A DNA stretch of 64,000 nt from Myxococcota bacterium (GTDB lineage: Bacteria > Myxococcota_A > UBA796 > CAJQPC01): positions 1 through 64,000 of the forward strand of contig JAZAMN010000007.1 of assembly GCA_036229005.1 (NCBI GenBank), in the 5' to 3' direction. A program made the position numbers and the translations under genes. Under the pieces are notes generated by a model, which saw only the letters and a program-made list of their open reading frames with translations, ran no database searches and was not told the DNA's origin. Positions 1 through 9,498 of the stretch are shown piece by piece. Position 1 is the first letter of the stretch; the number at the start of each line of letters is the position of its first letter.

Positions 1-101
1 CCTATCGAGCGCGGCCCCGCTGCCCCTCCAACACGGTGGTGACTACGGGGGCCGTCCTCGGTCGCAAGCTCCCTGCGGGCGGCCCCTTTGGGGAGTCAGA
101 T

Positions 102-152
102 GTGTAAACAGGGTGCCCGGTCTGAAGTGCTAGCAAGGTGCCCGGCTTGACA
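102..152. mobile_element. Probable terminal end of an IS element (IS481-like); element body would lie left of the window
   Basis: Two tandem 25-bp imperfect repeats (102-126, 127-151; 18/25 identical, core GGTGCCCGG) ending in ...TTGACA, i.e. 5'-TGTCAAGCCGGGCACC on the minus strand. A TGT terminus plus tandem subterminal sites fits IS481-type ends. No transposase is visible in the window. Confidence 0.45.
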
Positions 153-157
153 CGCCG

Positions 158-290
158 GCACCACGGCGCTGCGCAAACCGGGCTGAGTGCACCACAGCGC
201 TGCGCAAACCGGGCTGAGTGCACCACGCCGCTGCGCAACCCGGGCTGAGTGCACCACGGCACTGCGCAACCCAGGCTGAGTGCACCAGGG
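158..290 (+). repeat. Tandem array A: 4 full + 1 partial 31-bp units (consensus GCACCACGGCGCTGCGCAAMCCGGGCTGAGT)
   Basis: Units at 158-188, 189-219, 220-250, 251-281 and a partial at 282-290; no unique spacers. Confidence 0.95.
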
Positions 291-334
291 CGGGCATGTA
301 TTGGGGCCCTGAACGGCCAAATGGCGAAGGTCGT

Positions 335-478
335 GGTGCATCCACCAGGGGTTGCGCTCGCGCTGGGTGCATTCACCAGGGGTTGCGCTCACGCTCGGTG
401 CATTCACCAGGGGTTGCGCTCGCGCTCGGTGCATTCACCAGGGGTTGCGTCAGCGCTGGGTTCATTCGCCGGGAGTTT
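335..478 (+). repeat. Tandem array B: 4 full + 1 degenerate 31-bp units (consensus GGTGCATTCACCAGGGGTTGCGCTCGCGCTS), a diverged inverted relative of array A
   Basis: Units at 335-365, 366-396, 397-427, 428-458, then degenerate. The reverse complement of the array A unit shares GGTGCA.TCA.C..GGGTTGCGC. Confidence 0.9.
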
Positions 479-603
479 CGCGGGCCCGGAGCGGCGTGAT
501 GCCTGAGACCCGATACCCGAGACCTGAGCCCCCCAGCGAGCGCGGGTCCGGAGCGGCGTGATGCCTGAGACCCGATACCCGATACCCGAGCCCCCCCAGC
601 GAG
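479..603 (+). repeat. 62/63-bp direct duplication with internal heptamer repeats (GAGACCC/GATACCC)
   Basis: 479-540 and 541-603 are nearly identical (CGCGGGYCCGGAGCGGCGTGATGCCTGAGACCCGATACCCGA...CCCCAGCGAG). Confidence 0.95.
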
Positions 604-648
604 CCGGCCAACCCGCTCGTGCCCGAAGAGCAGCCCCCGCCACCCGCC

Positions 649-1053
649 TCAGAGCGTCTTCTTGATCACCGGCTCGTCATCTCCATCCGGGCCCGACTCC
701 GAATGAGCAGCCGACGCGTCCGGCTCGGCCCCGGTGTCGGCCGGGGCCGCCTTGTCATGCCGGTCCAACCAGGCCTGGGGCGCGGGCAGCTTGTCCTCGG
801 CGAGGGACGCCAGCTTCTCCGCGTATTCCGTGTCGCTGAGGACCCCGGCGGTGTGCAGAGCTTTGAGCTGACGCAGCAGGCCCTCCCCCTCATCGACCTG
901 CTCGGCCTGCTTGGGGCTCAGAGGCTCGCTGCGCTTGATGCGGCCCAGCTCGGCCTCCAGAGCGGCCATGCGCGCCTCGGCGGAGTCGCCGCCCTGCTTC
1001 ATGATGCCGACCATGCCCTTGCCCAGGTTGCCCAGGCGATCAAAGAGCCCCAT
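649..1053 (-). CDS. SHOCT domain-containing protein, 134 aa
   Basis: LRQLKALHTAGVLSDTEYAEKLASL fits the SHOCT pattern; strong SD (GGAGGTGA) upstream. Confidence 0.75.
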   Translation of the reverse strand: MGLFDRLGNLGKGMVGIMKQGGDSAEARMAALEAELGRIKRSEPLSPKQAEQVDEGEGLLRQLKALHTAGVLSDTEYAEKLASLAEDKLPAPQAWLDRHDKAAPADTGAEPDASAAHSESGPDGDDEPVIKKTL

Positions 1054-1116
1054 CGCTCACCTCCACTGCCCGAATACGTAGCACGGCCAGCGCCCCATTC
1101 GTGGCATCCTTGAGGC

Positions 1117-3873
<2,757 letters not shown>

Positions 3874-3920
3874 GCCCGCTTTCCCTGGAAAGGGGCCCCC
3901 TGAGCCGATAGTCTGTGTCG

Positions 3921-4868
3921 ATGCTGCGTCGATTCTTTCAGCGCCGACACCTGGACCCGCTGGCCGAGGGCGACCTCCCTCCCCTGGCGCGGGATCGCCT
4001 GGCGCGCATCTGGCAGGGCGGCGCGAACGACGGCTGGCACCCGGAAGACGTGCTGGACGGAATCGAGGCCGCCCACGGCCCCCTGGAGTGCGCGGAGCCC
4101 AAGGCCATGGGGGAGCTGCTCTCGCTGGCCCTGTGGGAGGCCGCCGCCGCCTGGGAGGTCAGCGCGCGCCTGGCCGTGGACCTGTCCGAGGTCGAGTCCC
4201 GGCTGGCCGTCACCGCCCAGGCCCACGACGAAGCCCGCCACGTGATGCTCCTGCGCGAGGTGCTGGAGCGCATGCAGCTCCCGGTGTCCTCGCCGCCGCC
4301 CGCAGCCCTCAAGGCGTTGCAGCAGGTCCATCGCGCCCGGGAACCCGGGCGGGCGTTGGTGGGCCTCCATCTGATGCTCGAGCCCATCGCCCTCACCTTC
4401 TACCGGATGGTGCAGAGCAAGGACATCAGCCCCGGCCTGCGCGCCTTCTTCCAGCACCTGGAGGAGGACGAGGTCCGTCACGTCAGCGTGGGCCTGGGCG
4501 TGCTCCCCCCGCGGATCCGCCGCATGTCCCGCGTGCGCAAGGCCGACCTGGCCGCCTGGCAGCTCCGCCTCTTCCTGCTGGAGATGCGCGGCCTCAAGCA
4601 GCTCGAGCGCCCTCTGCGGGAGCTGGGCTTCAAGCCGATGGACGTGCTGCGCCTGGGCCACTCCAAGCAGCTCTTCGTGGTGGACCTGCTCACCCGCGAC
4701 CTGGGCGACCCCGTCGTGGCCGCCCGCCTGTTCAACCGGGCCGTCGAGCTGCAGCGCTCGATGGACTGGGAGGACGACAGCACCTTCGCGCGCACGCTGA
4801 CCGGCGCCCTCAAGCGGGCCCTGAACCCCGAAGAGGCCCCCGCGCACACCGGCCCCCTCCCCTGGTAG
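3921..4868 (+). CDS. Ferritin-like diiron-carboxylate protein, about 315 aa (alternative GTG start 3915)
   Basis: Two ExxH motifs (DEARH, DEVRH) plus Glu residues in LWEA and LMLEP, in the four-helix-bundle arrangement. Confidence 0.8.
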   Translation: MLRRFFQRRHLDPLAEGDLPPLARDRLARIWQGGANDGWHPEDVLDGIEAAHGPLECAEPKAMGELLSLALWEAAAAWEVSARLAVDLSEVESRLAVTAQAHDEARHVMLLREVLERMQLPVSSPPPAALKALQQVHRAREPGRALVGLHLMLEPIALTFYRMVQSKDISPGLRAFFQHLEEDEVRHVSVGLGVLPPRIRRMSRVRKADLAAWQLRLFLLEMRGLKQLERPLRELGFKPMDVLRLGHSKQLFVVDLLTRDLGDPVVAARLFNRAVELQRSMDWEDDSTFARTLTGALKRALNPEEAPAHTGPLPW

Positions 4869-4922
4869 CCCCGCATGGGTCTGGCGCTGCCCGCCGGGGC
4901 ACGCCGGGATAGACGCCCGGCC

Positions 4923-5789
4923 ATGACCTTCGCCGAGCACATCGCCGCCCTCCCCCGCCTGGGCGTGGGCATCTCCTGTGAGTTCTCGGGCACCGAGCGC
5001 GGCCCCGGCATCGACGCCGTGGAGCTGCAGCGCGCCTGGCCCGAGCTGGTCCACTTCCTGGAGGTGGGCGCCGACACCGAGCGCGGCCTGGACGAGCACA
5101 TGCTGCGCTGGGGCGACAGCGGGCTGCCCGCCACCTACCACTTCCTGGACCTCAACCTCGCCGAGGAGCAGGACCTGGACCCCGACTGGCTGGAGCGCAC
5201 CCTGGCGCAGGCCCGGCGGGTGAACGCCCTCTACCTGTGCGGGGACGCCGGCTACTGGCACCTGGGGGCCCGCGAGCGCGGACACGAGCTGCTGCTCCCC
5301 CCCATCCTCAGCCCCGAAGCCGCCGACGAGATGGCCCGCGCCACCGCCACCCTCCAGGCCCGCGCCGGGATGCTGGTGCTGCCCGAGAACCCCCCGGCGG
5401 TCGCCTACATCGGCCCCATGCACCTGCTGGACTTCTACGGCCGCGTCTGCGAGCGGGCGGACTGCGGGATGCTCCTGGACGCCGCCCACCTGGCCGTCTA
5501 CCAGCGCATGCAGGGCCACAGCGCGCTCACCGGCCTGGACGGCTTCCCCCTGGAGCGCATCGTCGAGCTGCACGTGGCCGGCGGGACCCACCGCGAGCAC
5601 CAGGGGCTGGGCTGGATCGACGACACCCACGGCCCCGAGGTGCTGCCCGAGACCTGGGAGATCACCCAGACCCTCATCGAGCGCTGCCCCAACCTGCGGG
5701 CCGTCATCTTCGAGGCCGAGCACAACACCCCGGCGGAGATCCGGCCGGGCTTCGAGCGCCTCAACGCCCTCTTCCCCAAGGAGCCCTGA
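4923..5789 (+). CDS. DUF692-family multinuclear non-heme iron oxidative enzyme (MNIO; MbnB/TglH-like), 288 aa
   Basis: Ordered motifs GVGIS, FLEV, YHFLDLNL, LPENPP, LLDAAH, ELHVAGG, IDDTHG, VIFE follow the DUF692 TIM-barrel layout. Confidence 0.85.
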   Translation: MTFAEHIAALPRLGVGISCEFSGTERGPGIDAVELQRAWPELVHFLEVGADTERGLDEHMLRWGDSGLPATYHFLDLNLAEEQDLDPDWLERTLAQARRVNALYLCGDAGYWHLGARERGHELLLPPILSPEAADEMARATATLQARAGMLVLPENPPAVAYIGPMHLLDFYGRVCERADCGMLLDAAHLAVYQRMQGHSALTGLDGFPLERIVELHVAGGTHREHQGLGWIDDTHGPEVLPETWEITQTLIERCPNLRAVIFEAEHNTPAEIRPGFERLNALFPKEP

Positions 5790-6620
5790 GTGGGACACCA
5801 GGCCCTCCAGCGGGTGAGCATGCGCATGCTCTACGACCCCCGCTTCGCCGAGCAGGTCTACGCGGACCCCAGCGCCACCCTCGCAAGCGTGGACATCACC
5901 GAGACCGAGCGCCAGTGGCTGCTGGACGTGGACCCGCGCGCGTGGACCGTGGACAGCCAGCGGGGCCAGCGCTGCCTGCGCAACCTCTTCGGGGAGTTCC
6001 GCGGGAGCACCACCCTGGCCCTGGCCCAGACCCGCAGCCTCAGCGGCCTCCAGGCCTTCTTCCAGAGCCCCCACTTCCACCAGCAGGTGCAGCAGCGCGG
6101 GTCCCTGGCCCGAGGCTACGCCCGCTTCCTGGGCGAGCTGACCGAGGACCCCCTGGTCGCCGAGGTCGCCCGCCTGGAGTGGATGCAGGCCCAGTGCCGC
6201 CGCGAGCTGGAGCTCTGCCCCCGGCTGGACAGCCTCGCCCCCAAGGCCATCGCCCGCGCCCCCGGGATTGGCGCCGGCCGCTTTGACGGGGCCACCCTGG
6301 ACGCCCTCAACGCCGCCGAGCAGGCCCTCTTCCAGCTCCAGCTCATCCCCGCCGCCGGGCTCTGCGACGACGCCCCGCGCCCAAGCCCCGTGGCCCCCCG
6401 CCCCGACCAGCCCCTGGACCTCATCGCCCGCCCCATCGACGGGCAGATCCAGCTCGTTCAGCTCGGGAGCATGGCGAGCAGGACCTTGGCGCTGCTGGGA
6501 TCCCCCCACACCCAGGAGGCCGCCGTGGCCCGCGTCACATCCTTGGGCTTGTCGGCCCAGCGAGGTGCGGCGTTGCTGGGCGGGCTGCTCGGCGAGGGCC
6601 TGCTCATCCTGGGGAGCTGA
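5790..6620 (+). CDS. Putative MNIO partner protein (DUF2063/RRE-like), 276 aa
   Basis: GTG directly after the DUF692 stop. Helical protein with F..FL...LVAEVARLEW, reminiscent of DUF2063-type partners, and a C-terminal wHTH-like LLGGLLGEGLL. Confidence 0.6.
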   Translation: MGHQALQRVSMRMLYDPRFAEQVYADPSATLASVDITETERQWLLDVDPRAWTVDSQRGQRCLRNLFGEFRGSTTLALAQTRSLSGLQAFFQSPHFHQQVQQRGSLARGYARFLGELTEDPLVAEVARLEWMQAQCRRELELCPRLDSLAPKAIARAPGIGAGRFDGATLDALNAAEQALFQLQLIPAAGLCDDAPRPSPVAPRPDQPLDLIARPIDGQIQLVQLGSMASRTLALLGSPHTQEAAVARVTSLGLSAQRGAALLGGLLGEGLLILGS

Positions 6621-6670
6621 GTCCTGGGGCGCTGAGTCCTGGAGCCGGGCGGCTCTGCGGGCGGGGACAG

Positions 6671-7243
6671 TCAGTCCTCGCTGGGGCCGGATCCTGGCGG
6701 GGGTCTGGGGGGCTTCCAACCCCCGTAGGTGTGGGCCTCCCATGCGTCGGGCTCCGGCACCGGGATCTCCTCCAGCTCTGCCCGGACCGCCGCCGCCCGG
6801 TGAATCAGGTGCTGGTTGGCCACCCGGAGCTGGGTCTGCAGCGCGAGCGCCAGGACCTCCCGAATGGCCAGCGCGTGGCGGGCCTGGGGGGAGCGGGGAG
6901 CGGCGTCCAGGACATCGGCCGGGATCTCCAGGACCTGCGAGGGCCCGATGGCGGCGTAGGTGGCCGGCCTGAGGGTGTCGTCCCGGAGCCCGACCAGGCC
7001 AAAGAGGCTCCCGGGGTTGAGGCGGGCGAGCTCGAGCTGGGCGCCCTTGGGGGTGCTGCGGGTGACCCGGGCCTGTCCTTCAAGCAGCAGGAAGCAGGCG
7101 TCGGCGGGGCGGCCTTCGCGGGCGATGGCCTCGGCGGGGATGAGGTCGCGCAGCTCGCCGCGCTCCAGCAGAAGCTCGCGGGTCTCCTCCCCCAGGCCAC
7201 CCAGCAGGGGGTGCTGCTCCAGGGCTTCGCGGGCGCCCTTCAC
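6671..7243 (-). CDS. Stand-alone cyclic-nucleotide-binding domain protein, 190 aa
   Basis: IAREGRPADACFLLLEG...PGSLFGLVGL...RPATYAA; GTG start overlaps the upstream stop (GTGA); no CRP-type HTH. Confidence 0.8.
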   Translation of the reverse strand: MKGAREALEQHPLLGGLGEETRELLLERGELRDLIPAEAIAREGRPADACFLLLEGQARVTRSTPKGAQLELARLNPGSLFGLVGLRDDTLRPATYAAIGPSQVLEIPADVLDAAPRSPQARHALAIREVLALALQTQLRVANQHLIHRAAAVRAELEEIPVPEPDAWEAHTYGGWKPPRPPPGSGPSED

Positions 7244-7800
7244 GTGCGCACCCGGCGCCAGAGGCGGACCAGCCAGCCGGGGGTCTCCAGGGGCTCGGTG
7301 GGGGGCTCCATGGCCAGCTCGGGCTCCTCCTCCATGCGGACCATGCGCTCGTAGTCGGTGGCGATCCGGGCGCTCATGTCGCGGTGGATCTCGTCCAACA
7401 GCCACATCACGCCAGGGTCCCCCTGCTCGCGCAGGTGCAGGTAGGCCCCCCGGTCCAGGCGCAGGGCCAGGGTGTCGACCTCGGAGATGGCGGTCGCGGA
7501 GCGGGGCTTTCCGGACAGCAGGCCCATGTCGCCGACGATGTGGCCGCGGCCCAGGCGCGCGAGCAGGATGCGCTCGCCGCTCTCCATCAGGCGCTCCACC
7601 CGGACTTCTCCCCGGACCAGCAGGTAGGCGCACTCCGAGGGATCCCCGGCGTCGAAGAGCACCGTGTCCGCGAGCAGCTCCATGCCCACGCCGGCGCTCA
7701 GGAAGCTGCGGGTGGTGGCGATGTCCAGCCCCCGGGCGCCAGGGAAGGCGCGCAGGAACTCCAGGGTCGAGATCGACTGCACGCTGTCAGCATAAGCCAT
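7240..7800 (-). CDS. Stand-alone cyclic-nucleotide-binding domain protein, 186 aa
   Basis: LFDAGDPSECAYLLVRGEV...GHIVGDMGLLSGKPRSATA cNMP cassette; ATG at 7800. Confidence 0.85.
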   Translation of the reverse strand: MAYADSVQSISTLEFLRAFPGARGLDIATTRSFLSAGVGMELLADTVLFDAGDPSECAYLLVRGEVRVERLMESGERILLARLGRGHIVGDMGLLSGKPRSATAISEVDTLALRLDRGAYLHLREQGDPGVMWLLDEIHRDMSARIATDYERMVRMEEEPELAMEPPTEPLETPGWLVRLWRRVRT

Positions 7801-7878
7801 CGCCCTGGCTTGCGGCGGGTGGGAGCGCCTCCCTATACTCGCAGTGCGGCCAGTTCTGCCGCGTGCGAGGACGACCCC

Positions 7879-8370
7879 ATGTTGATGCTGCTGGGCGCTG
7901 TGCCCATGCTCACGGCTTGCTACACCACGGGCGACGCTCTGCGTTTGACCATCGACGATCCCGCCACGGTGGTGATCGACTCGGTGTGCAGCGGCTGCGC
8001 GACCACCCACACGGCCACCCTGGCGTACGCGGACGGCGCCTCCGGACCCTCCGATGCGGCCTTCGTCTTTGCCCAGTACCGCGTGGACTACGCGCTGGAT
8101 GACGGCAGCACGGTCGACTTCTACGCGGACACCCTGGACGGCTCCGTGGCCGAGGGGGAGTACGTGGACTTCAACTTCACCGTCTCCGGCCGCACCCAGC
8201 GCGCCTACGTCTTCGAGACCTACGGCTCGGAGGAGGTCTACGGGACCGCGACCCTGACGGTGGAGGGCTACGACTGGAACGACGAGGTCTGGTCCCCCGA
8301 GCCCGCCACCTTCGACTTCGTCTTCCGCAACATCGCGGACGGCGAAGCCACCGTCGACACCGGCCTCTAG
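7879..8370 (+). CDS. Hypothetical acidic lipoprotein, 163 aa
   Basis: GAGG SD, lipobox LTAC, strong C/G third-position codon bias. Confidence 0.75.
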   Translation: MLMLLGAVPMLTACYTTGDALRLTIDDPATVVIDSVCSGCATTHTATLAYADGASGPSDAAFVFAQYRVDYALDDGSTVDFYADTLDGSVAEGEYVDFNFTVSGRTQRAYVFETYGSEEVYGTATLTVEGYDWNDEVWSPEPATFDFVFRNIADGEATVDTGL

Positions 8371-8379
8371 GAGCACACC

Positions 8380-9402
8380 ATGTCCATCCTGATGCTTGCC
8401 ATGGCCTGTGTCGAGCCCGGCGCCACCGAGCTCTCCGACTGGAGTGAGGGCTACGAGGAGGAGGTCGAGGTCGAGGACCCAGAGTTCTTCCAGCTCATCG
8501 CCCCCGACGACCTGGGCTACCCCATCCGCCTGGGCGAGGTCGGCACCGGCGAGCCCTGCCAGATCACCGTCGGCGAGACCCCCGCCGACTACCAGGAGAT
8601 CGACTGCCGCCTGGACATCTCCGAGCTGGACCTCTACGGCGCCGGCATGGCCTACGACGTCTACGTCCCCCTGGCCGCCTGCGAGTACCTGGTCTACCGC
8701 CACCCCCAGTTCGAGGCGTGGGAGGTGGGCGTCGGCCCCACCCAGGTCAGCTACTCGGTCAGCCCCGATGGCGTGATCTTCGACGAGGTCAACTCCACCC
8801 AGGGCGTCCCCTACTGCGAGTACGACTACGGCTGGCTCTACGCCGACGGGCCCAACTGCTGCACCGGGAGCTACCAGATCGAGGTCACCTACGTGGACGA
8901 TGCGGGGAACCCCCTCGAGGTCAGCACCACCCCGCCGCTGGGCTGGGGCGGCAAGCCCGCCGACTGCTACAACGGCGCCGCCTTCGACTCCCCCAGCGCC
9001 ACCTTCAACGAGGCCGGCTGGCCCCTGGGCACCATCGTGGGCCTCTACGGCGGGACCTTCTCCGAGCGGCACGAGTGGGATGAGCTCTCGGACGAGTACT
9101 ACAGCAACATGGTGCTCGCCTCGTACTTCGACCCCGCGGATCACGACGGCCTGGCCCCCGAGGGCATGATGGCCGACTACTCGGTCCAGAAGCACACCTA
9201 CCTCTGCTACGACAACGCCGAGGAGCTGCTGGCCCAGATCACCCTCGATGTGCGCGAGTGGAACGAGTTCGACGAGTTCACCAGCGAGGGCGACCCCGAC
9301 ACCACCGGCACCGAGCCCGTGACCGGCGAGCCCCTGGACGACCGCGACGACTGGGCCACCGGCACCCCCGGGACCGGCACCTGGATCGAGTGGGCCCTCT
9401 AA
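8380..9402 (+). CDS. Hypothetical acidic Cys-containing lipoprotein, 340 aa
   Basis: AGGAG SD, lipobox AMAC at C10, biased codon usage. Confidence 0.8.
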   Translation: MSILMLAMACVEPGATELSDWSEGYEEEVEVEDPEFFQLIAPDDLGYPIRLGEVGTGEPCQITVGETPADYQEIDCRLDISELDLYGAGMAYDVYVPLAACEYLVYRHPQFEAWEVGVGPTQVSYSVSPDGVIFDEVNSTQGVPYCEYDYGWLYADGPNCCTGSYQIEVTYVDDAGNPLEVSTTPPLGWGGKPADCYNGAAFDSPSATFNEAGWPLGTIVGLYGGTFSERHEWDELSDEYYSNMVLASYFDPADHDGLAPEGMMADYSVQKHTYLCYDNAEELLAQITLDVREWNEFDEFTSEGDPDTTGTEPVTGEPLDDRDDWATGTPGTGTWIEWAL

Positions 9403-9423
9403 GCCCCCTCCCCTGAACGCAGA

Positions 9424-9467
9424 AGCGCCCCCTTGGACACGCTGCCGAGGGGGCGCTCTCGCTCTGG
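9424..9467. terminator. Hairpin between convergent genes, probable bidirectional terminator
   Basis: AGCGCCCCCTTGG-8 nt-CCGAGGGGGCGCT followed by CTCGCTCTGG. Confidence 0.65.
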
Positions 9468-9498
9468 GGCCCCCGCGAAGGGAGCCCCCAAGCCGGGG

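Noticed and set aside
158..603. CRISPR array
   Set aside because: Units are contiguous with no unique spacers, and there are no cas genes in the window.
2..643. Short ORFs over the repeat region
   Set aside because: The 31-bp period is not a multiple of 3, the translations are frame-cycling repeats, and there is no codon bias or SD.
3874..4922. Small RiPP precursor ORF beside the MNIO
   Set aside because: The intergenic gaps (about 47 and 54 bp) hold no credible start-stop peptide with Cys motifs.
5787..5830. Selenocysteine recoding at the in-frame TGA
   Set aside because: No convincing SECIS hairpin, the TGA is not at a catalytic position, and the DUF692 domain is complete before it.
6607..6645. 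15-bp tandem repeat (TCCTGGGGMGCTGAG, about 2.6 copies) across a stop codon
   Set aside because: Real, but most simply a local slippage duplication with no sign of function.
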